A stretch of DNA of 64,000 bases from Methanobacteriota archaeon (GCA_002687935.1 NZBN01000002.1:1-64000); one strand, 5' to 3'; counted from the first letter of the stretch, positions 18,477 to 27,678 are shown. Translations and numbers: made by a program. The notes: a model not told the origin generated them from the letters alone.

Positions 18477-19574
18477 TTATTCGAAAACCTTTTCTACAAA
18501 CCAGTCCGGGTTGAATTCTTCAATATCCTCGTAGCCCTGCCCGGTTCCGAGATAAATTATCGGTTTTCCTGTCATATGACTTATAGATATACAGGCTCCT
18601 CCCTTGACGTCGCAGTCTGCCTTTGTCAGGACAGATGCGTCTATTCCCACTGCATCGTTGAAGCTCTTCGCCTGTTCTGACGCGTCGTTTCCTGTAAGCG
18701 AATCTCCAACAAAAATTGTTATATCTGGGTTGTTTACTCTTACAATTTTCTTTAATTCGTCCATCAAATTCGAGTCCGCATGAGAGCGTCCTGCTGTGTC
18801 TCCGAGTACAACATCAATCCCCTTTGCCTTTGCATGTTCAACTGCGTCATAAATTACTGCTGCAGCATCGGAACCTCTCTGTTGTTTTATAATCGGTACT
18901 TTCAGAACCTTTGCATGGATGTCCAGTTGCTCTATTGCCGCCGCTCGGAAGGTGTCTCCTGCCGCCATAACTACGGTGATTCCCTGGCTCTGAAGCATTT
19001 GTGCAAATTTTCCAATTGTCATAGTTTTCCCTGAGCCATTAAAACCAACAAACAATATTAATGTCGGACGTTCTTCATTTTCCTTTATTTTTTCTATAAT
19101 ATTCAAGTCTCCTACATCTAGAGTATTTTCGATAGCAGCTTTTAGGGAGCTTGTTATTGCATTTTCTGCAGTATCTCCTCGTTTCAAATCCGTTTCAAGT
19201 AATATCTCTCGTGTGTCTGCAGTTATACTTTCAGTTACTTCCTTTGCAACATCGTTTTCAAGAAGAGCAAGCTCAAGTTCCCATAATATGCTGTCAAGGC
19301 TCTTTTCTGAAATGTGCCTCCTTGTTATTTTTTTGAGAATGCTTCGTTTCCGTTTCGGCTTTTCAGCTTTGGTATCTTCTATTTTCTTCTCTTCTTCAAG
19401 TTTCTCTTTCTTTGTTTCTTTCTTGGCTTTTGTTTTTTTCTTAGCAGACAGCTTTGGAGCTTCAAGGTCTTCTTCTGTTTCAACAAGAACTTCCTCTTCT
19501 ACTTCCTCTGTTTCTGCCTCTTTTCCAGCTTTGTCGAAAAAGCCCTTTAGCTTCTTTTTAAGATTTCCAAACAT
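18477..19574 (-). CDS. ftsY: SRP receptor FtsY
   Basis: GFNGSGKT, AAGDTFRAAA, DTAGR, TKAD, GTGQ; acidic/basic N-terminal domain. Confidence 0.97.
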   Translation of the reverse strand: MFGNLKKKLKGFFDKAGKEAETEEVEEEVLVETEEDLEAPKLSAKKKTKAKKETKKEKLEEEKKIEDTKAEKPKRKRSILKKITRRHISEKSLDSILWELELALLENDVAKEVTESITADTREILLETDLKRGDTAENAITSSLKAAIENTLDVGDLNIIEKIKENEERPTLILFVGFNGSGKTMTIGKFAQMLQSQGITVVMAAGDTFRAAAIEQLDIHAKVLKVPIIKQQRGSDAAAVIYDAVEHAKAKGIDVVLGDTAGRSHADSNLMDELKKIVRVNNPDITIFVGDSLTGNDASEQAKSFNDAVGIDASVLTKADCDVKGGACISISHMTGKPIIYLGTGQGYEDIEEFNPDWFVEKVFE

Positions 19575-19598
19575 AATTAATCATACGACTCCTGCTTA

Positions 19599-20024
19599 TT
19601 AGTCTTTAGCTCTTTTATCAGCCATCATTTTTTCAAGTTCGGGTTCAAGTGTTTCCATTTCTGCGGCTGTTTTCTTGAAATCTGCTTCTATTTTTGTTTT
19701 AATATTCTCAAAATTTTCTATTGCCTCTTCTGTATCTTTCATGGCTTCCTTGATGTCTGCGTCCTTGAAAAGCCCTGCTCCAATACCTTTTACTACCTTG
19801 GAAGGATCTTCAATAACTGCTTTCAAAAATATGTTTACGCCAAGTGGGACGAGCATCTCCTTTCCCTTTTTGGCTCCATCTAGTGTTTCGAGGGCTTCCT
19901 TTGAGACATCCAGGCTTGCGCGACTGTTTGCTAGTGTTTCCATTTCGCGTGCAAGGCTTTCTATCTGAGCCTTCTTCACATTATATTTCTCAATAGTTTT
20001 CTGAAGCTTAGTATTGGCTGTCAT
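19599..20024 (-). CDS. pfdA: Prefoldin alpha subunit
   Basis: Coiled coil-EMLVPLG..KVVKGIGAG-coiled coil; typical position upstream of ftsY. Confidence 0.9.
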   Translation of the reverse strand: MTANTKLQKTIEKYNVKKAQIESLAREMETLANSRASLDVSKEALETLDGAKKGKEMLVPLGVNIFLKAVIEDPSKVVKGIGAGLFKDADIKEAMKDTEEAIENFENIKTKIEADFKKTAAEMETLEPELEKMMADKRAKD

Positions 20025-20031
20025 AATATGA

Positions 20032-20463
20032 TTACTCAGTTTTTCTGAGACTTACGCGTGCAAGACCTTCTTCGTTTTTCTCAACACTTACTCGTACGCT
20101 TGCAGGCGCCTTCTTGTATCCGCGCTTCCAAATTTGTTCGTTAAGTTCTGGATCTATGTGTATTGCAGTAGGTTTTACGTGTTGTTCTATGTAACTTCTT
20201 ACTCTGCGTGAAGCGTCTTTTGCCTTTGAAGTTGTATTATATTTTTTTCTAAGTGGGATTGTGTAAACTCTTGTCAAAACGGCCTTGAATTCTTCTTCAG
20301 GGACTTCTTCCTTTACTTTTTTCAGTTTCTTAGGGACTTCTTCCTTAGAATTTTCTGCAGTCTCAGCTTCCTCTACCTTTTCAATTTTTTCAGGCTTCTC
20401 TGACTTCTCAGCCTTTGCTGATTTCTTGGCAGTTTTTGTATCTTTTTTAGTAGTTTCAGCCAT
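20032..20463 (-). CDS. rpl31e: Ribosomal protein eL31 with K/E-rich N-terminal extension
   Basis: RVYTIPLR, IDPELNEQIWKRG..PASVRV. Confidence 0.9.
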   Translation of the reverse strand: MAETTKKDTKTAKKSAKAEKSEKPEKIEKVEEAETAENSKEEVPKKLKKVKEEVPEEEFKAVLTRVYTIPLRKKYNTTSKAKDASRRVRSYIEQHVKPTAIHIDPELNEQIWKRGYKKAPASVRVSVEKNEEGLARVSLRKTE

Positions 20464-20618
20464 TATGCCTTAGTCTTTCCGACTCTCCAGTGCCTTCTCT
20501 TTGGGTGGCTGTTGACTCTTCTGTGAGTTTTGACAATAACCCAGAGTGGAACTCTCTTCGCGTGCCTCGCGATTTTTCCAAGCCTTTGCTTGTAGTTAGT
20601 GTGCTTTCTGCTTCCCAT
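20463..20618 (-). CDS. rpl39e: Ribosomal protein eL39 (not in ORF track)
   Basis: Hand translation [51 protein letters not shown], 51 aa; TAATG overlap with rpl31e. Confidence 0.93.
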   Translation of the reverse strand: MGSRKHTNYKQRLGKIARHAKRVPLWVIVKTHRRVNSHPKRRHWRVGKTKA

Positions 20619-20653
20619 CGTATTATGCAAGTAGTGATGCTTTTTATACGAGT

Positions 20654-21079
20654 TTATTGTTTGTTAAATACTTTGTGGTCAGCTTTTGGCTCGGCTCGTT
20701 TATAGTGCTTTTCGTGGACAAGAACGTTTCCTATCCTTCGCACCATCACAAAACCGTAGCCCCACAGTACTGGAAGCCAGAGTGGCATTCCGAAAAGAGT
20801 CTGGTCTACAAATGTCTGTTTCCAGGTGAACTGGTGATAGAGGGCATCTCCTGCCCATTCCATTGTAAAGCCTACAAGGGTTCCGAGAACAAAAACCTTC
20901 CATTCATTTCTTTCATAGCGGACTGCAAAGTTCGCCAAGAGCAGTACTATGATTGTCAGAAGTATGAGTAGCTCAGCCATAACTATTTTTGTTATGAAAA
21001 GTGCTAGGAACATTAGCCCAACTTCAATGGCGATTTCTGTCTCTGGCCTGTCTCCGTATTTTCGTAGTCTTTCAAACAT
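20654..21079 (-). CDS. Membrane protein (DUF2878-like)
   Basis: Four TM segments, [11 protein letters not shown] motif. Confidence 0.55.
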   Translation of the reverse strand: MFERLRKYGDRPETEIAIEVGLMFLALFITKIVMAELLILLTIIVLLLANFAVRYERNEWKVFVLGTLVGFTMEWAGDALYHQFTWKQTFVDQTLFGMPLWLPVLWGYGFVMVRRIGNVLVHEKHYKRAEPKADHKVFNKQ

Positions 21080-21150
21080 TATTTATGCCTCTGTCAAAGT
21101 TTCTCTAAAGTACTTTACTTAAAAAAGATTTCGAAATGAAAATGGCTGAG

Positions 21151-21233
21151 CGCCGCAGGCCGGATTTGAACCGACATGTCCAGAAGGACCCGGTTTTCGA
21201 GACCGGTGCAATACCAGGTTATGCGACTGCGGC
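21151..21233 (-). tRNA. tRNA-Ser(CGA)
   Basis: GCCGCAG/CTGCGGC acceptor, CCGGT-CTCGAAA-ACCGG anticodon arm, long variable arm, GTTCAAATC, discriminator G. Confidence 0.96.
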
Positions 21234-21279
21234 ATAGCTAGGTCTTGTATATAATCTTTAATAAAACTATTACGGTGTC

Positions 21280-22188
21280 TCAATCCTTCTTCTTCAAAGC
21301 CCACTCTTGCTTTATTACATTGGATTCTGCATTTCCGTTTTTGTTCGCGACGCGACCAACTTTTCCAGTCCTTTCTAGCTTGTAGAGTTCGTTCACAATA
21401 ACGCTGGACGGAATCTTGAGTACTGATGCAATATCATCGGCATTCATACTTGCCTGTGCTCCAAGTGCGTCACTTATTTGCTGTCCCAAATTCACTTCTG
21501 CCTTCGAACCTTCTTCCGGCGCCTTTCTGGGGGCTCTGGAAGTTTCCAAACTACCGAGTTTCTTTATTGCCTTTTCAATGTGCTCCCTTAATTTTCCCTG
21601 AACCTTTCTGTCATGGGCGTTTATTATTTTAGAAACCTTTCCGTTCAGATCGAGGTCATTCGTCATCAGAGCAATTCCATACTGGCTTGCAAAACTCTTT
21701 GCATAGTCTGCAAGCTGTCTGTTAGTTACTAGTATAGCATTCGAAGGAAGGAGATCAACGGTCTTTGCTACCAAGTCTCCAACAGCTCTTGCATCTATTC
21801 TGTTGGAGGCCTCATCAGGCATTTGCCTGCATTCTATTATTAGTTCAGGATTTTTTCCTGCTGGTGGAACTTTGTGACTTCCACTGTAAATTACGAAATC
21901 CGGAATGTGCTTGGCCCCTGATGCTCCACGGACTGGTAGCCTGTGCCACACACTTACTGGGTTGTAATCCGTTCTCATTACAAGTATTGGTGGGTCTCTC
22001 GGACTCGTGGATTGCTTCAGGGATTCTTCGCCGTCAACTTCCACAAACTCATCCTTCATTCCTCTGAAAATTTCTTCTTCAAGTGTGAGTTCTTCTATAT
22101 TCTTCTCTGCTTTGAGACCCTCTAGGCCGGGCCCTCCTTCATCAATATAGTGTTCCTGAACTTTTTTCTTGAAAATTCCAAGCGCCAT
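21280..22188 (-). CDS. Mrr-like PD-(D/E)xK nuclease-fold protein with C-terminal winged helix
   Basis: IPDFVI...IIECR, AILVTN..LADYAKSFASQYGIALM (Mrr_cat-like), then wHTH ADDIASVLKIP..VNELYKLERTGKV. Confidence 0.55.
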   Translation of the reverse strand: MALGIFKKKVQEHYIDEGGPGLEGLKAEKNIEELTLEEEIFRGMKDEFVEVDGEESLKQSTSPRDPPILVMRTDYNPVSVWHRLPVRGASGAKHIPDFVIYSGSHKVPPAGKNPELIIECRQMPDEASNRIDARAVGDLVAKTVDLLPSNAILVTNRQLADYAKSFASQYGIALMTNDLDLNGKVSKIINAHDRKVQGKLREHIEKAIKKLGSLETSRAPRKAPEEGSKAEVNLGQQISDALGAQASMNADDIASVLKIPSSVIVNELYKLERTGKVGRVANKNGNAESNVIKQEWALKKKD

Positions 22189-22261
22189 ATAAGAAGCTAT
22201 GGCTCCTAGATATAAATCCTTTTCCGTATAATATATAAGCTAAGTCTGGCACTTCTATGCT

Positions 22262-22648
22262 ATGTCTAAGAAAACTGTAATACTCACTGCTTCCATTGTA
22301 ATTATTATTGCAGGTGTTTTAATATTCAAACCTCAGGTAAGCGGTTTTGTCACAGCCGGTCATGATTACTCTCTTGACAGCTTTACAGAATGCCTTGCTG
22401 AGAGTAATGCAGTTATGTATGGTGCCTACTGGTGCCCTCACTGTACTACCCAGAAAGAAATGTTTGGTGACAGCATTTCTGGGGTTCTCTATGTTGAGTG
22501 TGATTCCAAGGGAAAGAATACAAAACCTGAGCTCTGCAGGCAAAATAACATACAATCCTACCCTTCTTGGATAATTGATGGCAGAACCTATTCAGGTGTT
22601 CAGTCACTTCAGACTCTTTCTGATATAACTGGTTGCAGTCTCGAATAA
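22262..22648 (+). CDS. Membrane-anchored thioredoxin-fold protein (VKOR-associated Trx-like)
   Basis: N-terminal TM, MYGAYWCPHC, YVEC, YPSW. Confidence 0.85.
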   Translation: MSKKTVILTASIVIIIAGVLIFKPQVSGFVTAGHDYSLDSFTECLAESNAVMYGAYWCPHCTTQKEMFGDSISGVLYVECDSKGKNTKPELCRQNNIQSYPSWIIDGRTYSGVQSLQTLSDITGCSLE

Positions 22649-22702
22649 TTACTACACTATCACAGGGTTTACAATCGTAGAGTTTTTAGGCTGGAAGCAA
22701 AC

Positions 22703-22710
22703 TTTATATA
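22703..22710 (+). promoter_or_regulatory. Candidate TATA box of the ribosomal protein cluster
   Basis: TTTATATA about 130 nt upstream of the rpl3 ATG, implying a long leader. Confidence 0.45.
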
Positions 22711-22842
22711 GGTAATTCAATATAGATAGGCGGTCGCTAAAACTAGCTTTTTAGATTGACATCATAGGGTCTCATCTGAGCCCTCTGGAGTACGCAAGGT
22801 GATTGAAAATATCCCGACAAATCTTCCAAAACAGGAGAATTC

Positions 22843-23820
22843 ATGCCCAGAATACACAGTCCAAGACGCGGATCCATGGCATACAGTCCCAGGAAAAGGG
22901 CTGCTCGCATTTATCCTAGAGTGAGGACTTGGCCGATTTCTGATGATGTTAGACTTCTTGGTTTTGCCGGTTACAAAGCTGGTATGACTCACATGTTTGT
23001 TCGTGATCCTCGTAAAGACTCAGCAAGTGCTGGAAAGGACGTTTTTACACCGGTCACTATTCTTGAGTGCCCTGACATACTCCCATTTGCTGTCAGATTC
23101 TACAAGCGATCTGCCTATGGCTTCAAACCTTCTGGTGAGCTGTGGGCTGAAAATCTGAACTCTCTTTCTCCTCACATCTCCAAAAAAATAAATATTCCTA
23201 AAAAAACTCCTTCTCCTCCTCCTTCTGACGCTGACCGTGTCACTCTTCTCGTTTCAACGCTTCCTTCTGAAGCTTCTGTTCCTAAGAAGAAGCCGGAGGT
23301 TTTTGAAATAGCAATAGGTGGTTCAAACTTTGAAGAACAGCTTAAATTTGCAAAGTCACTTCTCGGAAAGAGGCAGAAGCCAAATAATGTTTTCAAGGCA
23401 GGCGAATATATTGACGTTGTCGCTGTTACAAAAGGAAAGGGAATGCAGGGTCCTGTCAAAAGATTCGGAGTTAAAGTTGACTATAGAAAGGGTCACGGAA
23501 AGGCAAGACACGTTGGTTCTCTTGGTAACAGAGCATCTCCAACACGCTGGACCGTTCCGATGGCTGGTCAGATGGGTTACGGTTCAAGGACAGAGTTCAA
23601 TAAGATGATTGTTCAGATTGGTGAAAATGGGGAGTCAGTAAGCCCTAAGGGCGGATTCATAAATTATGGTGTTATTGGCGGAGCTTACATAGCTATAAAG
23701 GGTTCAGTTCCTGGTCCTGCAAAGAGATTGGTCAGGCTAAGAGCTCCTGTCAGATCGAAGCAGGCTCGCGGAGAACCTGAAATTAGCTACGTAAGCGTGG
23801 AGTCAAAGCAGGGTCGTTAA
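22843..23820 (+). CDS. rpl3: Ribosomal protein uL3
   Basis: PRRGSMAYSPRKRA, GYKAGMTH, TKGKGMQGPVKRFG, GQMGY. Confidence 0.97.
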   Translation: MPRIHSPRRGSMAYSPRKRAARIYPRVRTWPISDDVRLLGFAGYKAGMTHMFVRDPRKDSASAGKDVFTPVTILECPDILPFAVRFYKRSAYGFKPSGELWAENLNSLSPHISKKINIPKKTPSPPPSDADRVTLLVSTLPSEASVPKKKPEVFEIAIGGSNFEEQLKFAKSLLGKRQKPNNVFKAGEYIDVVAVTKGKGMQGPVKRFGVKVDYRKGHGKARHVGSLGNRASPTRWTVPMAGQMGYGSRTEFNKMIVQIGENGESVSPKGGFINYGVIGGAYIAIKGSVPGPAKRLVRLRAPVRSKQARGEPEISYVSVESKQGR

Positions 23821-23821
23821 A

Positions 23822-24658
23822 ATGAAGGCAACTATATTGAAACTTGATGGAAAGAAAGGAAAGAGCATAGATATGCCTAGGGTCTTCTCAGAGGAGCTCA
23901 GACCTGACCTTATCAGGAGGGCTTTCCATTCTATTAGAAGTCGGTCTTTCCAGCCAAAAGGGGCTGATGTACGTGCTGGTTTCAGAACAACTGCAACTGG
24001 ATGGGGAACTGGTGGGGGAATGTCCCGTATACCTCGGACAAAGGCAGGTCCACGAAGAGCAGGAAGGTCAGCAAAGGGTCGAAGATACAGGAGCAAAGGA
24101 CGATGGTTCCCTGCAGCAGGAAGAGGTGCCATAATCCCCGGAACTGTCGGCGGAAGGCAGGCTCACCCTCCTAAGAGCTGTAAAATTCTTATCAAAAAAA
24201 TGAACGACAAGGAACTAGGAAAAGCAATGCGCAGTGCAATCGCATCTACTGTGGTTCCTGAACTAGTAAAAGGCCGCGGACATGCAATTGGAGATATAAC
24301 TCTTCCGCTTGTCGTAGATGATACCTTCATGTCTCTTGAAAAGACGAAAGGAGTTAAGGAGACTCTTTCCGCAATTGGTCTCTCTGAAGAACTTGAAAGA
24401 AGTTCTAAGCGAAGTATCAGAGCAGGAATTGGGAAACTAAGAGGAAGGAAATACAGAACAAAAACAGGACCTCTTCTAGTTGTTCCAAGTACAGAGGAAA
24501 GGCAGCCAATTTTGAGGGCAGCAAGAAATATGCCAGGAGTCACAGCCGTTTCAGTAAATGAGCTGGACATGGAAATGCTTGCACCAGGTTCTCATGCTGG
24601 ACGTCTTATAATCTGGACAGAATCTGCTATAAAAGATTTGCAAAGGAGGTTTGCATAA
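23822..24658 (+). CDS. rpl4: Ribosomal protein uL4
   Basis: RPDLIRRA, GGRQAHPPK, GKLRGRKY, LAPGSHAGRL; Arg-rich loop insertion. Confidence 0.96.
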   Translation: MKATILKLDGKKGKSIDMPRVFSEELRPDLIRRAFHSIRSRSFQPKGADVRAGFRTTATGWGTGGGMSRIPRTKAGPRRAGRSAKGRRYRSKGRWFPAAGRGAIIPGTVGGRQAHPPKSCKILIKKMNDKELGKAMRSAIASTVVPELVKGRGHAIGDITLPLVVDDTFMSLEKTKGVKETLSAIGLSEELERSSKRSIRAGIGKLRGRKYRTKTGPLLVVPSTEERQPILRAARNMPGVTAVSVNELDMEMLAPGSHAGRLIIWTESAIKDLQRRFA

Positions 24659-24919
24659 ATGGAACCATACGAAGTACTTTTGTACTCTCTCATGACAGAA
24701 AAGGCCGTTGGAATGGCAAGTAGTGAAAATAAACTAACATTCGCAGTTTCTAAAATTGCCAACAAAGAAGAAATTGCCACTGCAGTAGAGAAGGCATACA
24801 AGGTAAAAGTCAAGGGTGTTGTCACTCAGAGAACATTCAAAGGACTCAAAAAAGCTATTGTAAAGTTGGACCCTCAGTTTTCTGCTGAGGAAATCGCCAG
24901 CCGAATAGGAGCTTTCTAA
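24659..24919 (+). CDS. rpl23: Ribosomal protein uL23
   Basis: TEKA, NKLTF, KKAIVKL; operon order. Confidence 0.95.
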   Translation: MEPYEVLLYSLMTEKAVGMASSENKLTFAVSKIANKEEIATAVEKAYKVKVKGVVTQRTFKGLKKAIVKLDPQFSAEEIASRIGAF

Positions 24920-24934
24920 GGAGATTGATATACA

Positions 24935-25654
24935 ATGGGAAAAAGAATTAGAGCACAAAGGATAGGTGTAAGTCCAAGGAGAAAATCCCCAGGACATCGC
25001 TTTAAGGGCGCTGTTAAGCATGCGTCTCTTCAGTCATTTGCTGAAGGAACTAGCAAGGGTAAAGTAATTTCATTCATACATGATCCTGGAAGAACTGCTC
25101 CTGTTGCAAAGGTTAAATTCGAAGATGGTTCAATTGACAATCTTATTGCTCCTAATAGCTTGAGTGTTGGAGATGAAGTTTCCAAAGGACCTTCTGCAAA
25201 TACAAGTCTCGGAAACTCCGTATTCCTCTCTGAAATTCCTGAAGGGACCCTTGTATATAATGTTGAATCAAATCCTGGTGATGGCGGAAAGTTCGCCAGA
25301 GCTTCAGGTTCATTTATTAAAATAGTTTCTCACGATCCAACAGGAACAGTTGTTCAAATGAAGTCAGGTGCATTCAAGACTCTGAACTCCAAATGCCGTG
25401 CAAATGTAGGCGTTGTTGCCGGAGGCGGTCGTTTGGAGAAACCTTTCATCAAAGGTGGAGTAAAAAGAAAGGCTATGCGAGCCCGTGGAAAGCTACACCC
25501 TCGTGTAAGCGGTATCCACATGAACCCAACAGACCACCCATTTGGTGGGGGAAATCACCCTCATGTTGGTAAGCCAAAAACTGTATCAAGACACGCTCCT
25601 CCTGGAAGGAAGGTTGGAACTATCAGTCCTAAGAGGACAGGTAAGAAGAGGTAG
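24935..25654 (+). CDS. rpl2: Ribosomal protein uL2
   Basis: HDPGRTAP, GGKFARASG, MNPTDHPFGGG. Confidence 0.97.
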   Translation: MGKRIRAQRIGVSPRRKSPGHRFKGAVKHASLQSFAEGTSKGKVISFIHDPGRTAPVAKVKFEDGSIDNLIAPNSLSVGDEVSKGPSANTSLGNSVFLSEIPEGTLVYNVESNPGDGGKFARASGSFIKIVSHDPTGTVVQMKSGAFKTLNSKCRANVGVVAGGGRLEKPFIKGGVKRKAMRARGKLHPRVSGIHMNPTDHPFGGGNHPHVGKPKTVSRHAPPGRKVGTISPKRTGKKR

Positions 25655-25661
25655 GGAATAA

Positions 25662-26048
25662 ATGGCAAGAAAAGAATTCAAATATCGCGGATTGAGTCTA
25701 GAAGAGCTTCAGAAGCTCAGTGTAGAGGAATTCATGAATCTCGCTCAATCTAGAACAAGGCGTTCTCTAAATCGTGGATTGAAGGACAGAAGGGCAGCGC
25801 TTCTAAAGAGGTCCAGGAAGGATTCCAAGGCTGTGCTCAGAACTCACTGCCGTGATATGATAGTTCTTCCTGAATTTATAGGACGGACATTCGCAATTTA
25901 CAATGGAAAGGAGTTTGTCAGCGTAAAGATTCTTCCCGATATGATTGGGATGTATTTCGGTGAACTTTCTCCTACAAGAAGGCGTGTAATGCACACAGCA
26001 CCAGGAAAGGGGGCAACAAGAGCAAGTAAGTTCGTATCGCTCAAGTAG
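25662..26048 (+). CDS. rps19: Ribosomal protein uS19
   Basis: RTHCRDMIVLPE, YNGKEF, MIGMYFGE. Confidence 0.96.
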   Translation: MARKEFKYRGLSLEELQKLSVEEFMNLAQSRTRRSLNRGLKDRRAALLKRSRKDSKAVLRTHCRDMIVLPEFIGRTFAIYNGKEFVSVKILPDMIGMYFGELSPTRRRVMHTAPGKGATRASKFVSLK

Positions 26049-26050
26049 AA

Positions 26051-26818
26051 ATGGCAAAACTAGGATATACCTATCAGGGAACTCAGGAAGGCATTGTAAA
26101 AGCCTTGGTTAAATCAGAGAGGATTTCCCCGAAAGAGGCATATGAGGTTGCAAATGCTATTCGTTCTATGAGCCTTCCAAGAGCTGAAACATTTCTCTCA
26201 AATGTTATGGAACAGAAAGAAGCAGTTCCTTACCGAAGATTTAACAGAGGCGTTGCTCACAGAAAGAAGATTGGTCCTGGACGATATCCTTTGAATACCA
26301 GTAAGGGTTTTATGAAGGCTCTAAATCTTTTGAGGGCAAATGCAGTTTACAAAGGCATGGAAGCAGACAATTTGAAACTTTTCCATGTTGCAACGCACCG
26401 TGGAGAAATAAACCCTGGAAGATACAAAGGCGGGGCACACAATCATCCAACTGTTCATATAGAACTTGTTGCCAAGGAGTCAGTTTCTGTTCCAAAAACA
26501 GAAGAGAAAACTGAAAAGAAGGCCCCTAAGGAAAAACCTGAAGCAAAAAAGATAGAAAAAAAAGCAGTAGAGAATACTGAGAAGAAATCCGAATCTAAAG
26601 CTCCTGAGAAGAAAGAAGCAAAGGTTCCTAAGGAAAAACCTGAAGCAAAGAAGACGGAGAAAAAGAAAGAGTCTAAAGAAAGTGAAGAACTCTCAAAGGC
26701 TGATGCAAAACCAGAAAGCGAGAAAACAACGGACGAGCTCATAAATGAGGCAGAAGAGGTAATGGATGAAGAGCCAAAAGCTTCCGAAAACAGTAAAGAA
26801 AACGAGGTGTCAAAATAA
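26051..26818 (+). CDS. rpl22: Ribosomal protein uL22 with long K/E-rich C-terminal tail
   Basis: ISPKEAYEVANAIR, VPYRRFNRGVAHRK..GRYP, TVHIELV; roughly 110-aa low-complexity tail. Confidence 0.94.
   Translation: MAKLGYTYQGTQEGIVKALVKSERISPKEAYEVANAIRSMSLPRAETFLSNVMEQKEAVPYRRFNRGVAHRKKIGPGRYPLNTSKGFMKALNLLRANAVYKGMEADNLKLFHVATHRGEINPGRYKGGAHNHPTVHIELVAKESVSVPKTEEKTEKKAPKEKPEAKKIEKKAVENTEKKSESKAPEKKEAKVPKEKPEAKKTEKKKESKESEELSKADAKPESEKTTDELINEAEEVMDEEPKASENSKENEVSK
26579..26664 (+). repeat. 86-bp segment shared with the rps3 tail (copy 1, in rpl22)
   Basis: 81/86 identical to 27520-27605, including 46 consecutive identical nt. Confidence 0.9.
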
Positions 26819-27678
26819 TGGCGATTGAAAGAAAGCTGATAAAGGAATCCATTGACAAAGTAAGAGTAAAGAAATTTGTTCTGAATAGTCTTGACAATGT
26901 CGGAGTTGGTAATGTAGATGTCAAAAGAACACCACTTGGAACAAGAATTATTGTCACTGCAGTAAAGCCAGGACTCGTTATCGGAAGGAAGGGAAAGAAC
27001 ATACAGATGCTTACATCTGAATTGTCTAAGAAATTTAATATTGAGAACCCTCAGATAGAGGTTCAGGAAGTCAATGTTCCTGAATTTAATCCATCAATTA
27101 TGGTTGAGCAGTTGGTTTCTACTATTGAGAGAGGAATTCACTTTAGAAGGGCTTCAAATGGTCTTATCAAGAGAGTTATGGGTAAGGGAGCTCTTGGAAT
27201 TTTAATTGAGATAAGTGGAAAACTAAGCGGAGAAAGGTCAAGAAAGGAGAAGTTTATGGCGGGATATATAAAATATTCTGGAGAAACTGCTCTCCAATCT
27301 GTTGAAACATCAGTGAAACAGGCTAAGAGAAAAGCTGGAGTTGTAGGTGTTAAAATTAGAATTGCACCACCTGCTGACCCAGTTAAACTGGCAGCTCTGG
27401 TCTTGGATGACAGTCAAATTATTTCAGAATCTGTGGATTTGGATGGAAAAGGGAGCAATGAAGAGTTGCAGAAACTCCAGGAATCTATTGGCGTTTCTTC
27501 TGATGAATCAGAAAAGACGGAGAAGAAATCCGAATCTAAAGCTCCTGAGAAGAAAGAAGCAAAGGCTCCTAAAGCAAAGCCTGAAGCAACGAAGACGGAG
27601 AAAAAAACTCCTACAAAAAAGACAAAGGCAAAAACAAGTTCAAAGAAATCCGAGGAAAAGAAGGAGGCTAAGAAATAA
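26818..27678 (+). CDS. rps3: Ribosomal protein uS3 with K/E-rich C-terminal tail
   Basis: KH domain KPGLVIGRKG, FRRA, SGKLSGERSR, GVVGVKIRI. Confidence 0.96.
   Translation: MAIERKLIKESIDKVRVKKFVLNSLDNVGVGNVDVKRTPLGTRIIVTAVKPGLVIGRKGKNIQMLTSELSKKFNIENPQIEVQEVNVPEFNPSIMVEQLVSTIERGIHFRRASNGLIKRVMGKGALGILIEISGKLSGERSRKEKFMAGYIKYSGETALQSVETSVKQAKRKAGVVGVKIRIAPPADPVKLAALVLDDSQIISESVDLDGKGSNEELQKLQESIGVSSDESEKTEKKSESKAPEKKEAKAPKAKPEATKTEKKTPTKKTKAKTSSKKSEEKKEAKK
27520..27605 (+). repeat. 86-bp segment shared with the rpl22 tail (copy 2, in rps3)
   Basis: 81/86 identical to 26579-26664. Confidence 0.9.

Noticed and set aside
21119-21304. 61-aa ORF (and the 5' part of ORF 40012..40254)
   Set aside because: Overlap bona fide tRNA-Ser genes.
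21300-21480. Z-alpha (Z-DNA binding) domain in the Mrr-like protein
   Set aside because: Spacing of Pro, Tyr and Trp is similar, but the key Asn and basic recognition residues are not conserved; treated as a generic wHTH.
26479-27678. CRISPR or mobile-element repeat explanation for the repeated sequences
   Set aside because: Repeats are in-frame coding tails; no regularly spaced repeat-spacer array, cas gene, transposase or terminal inverted repeats anywhere in the window.
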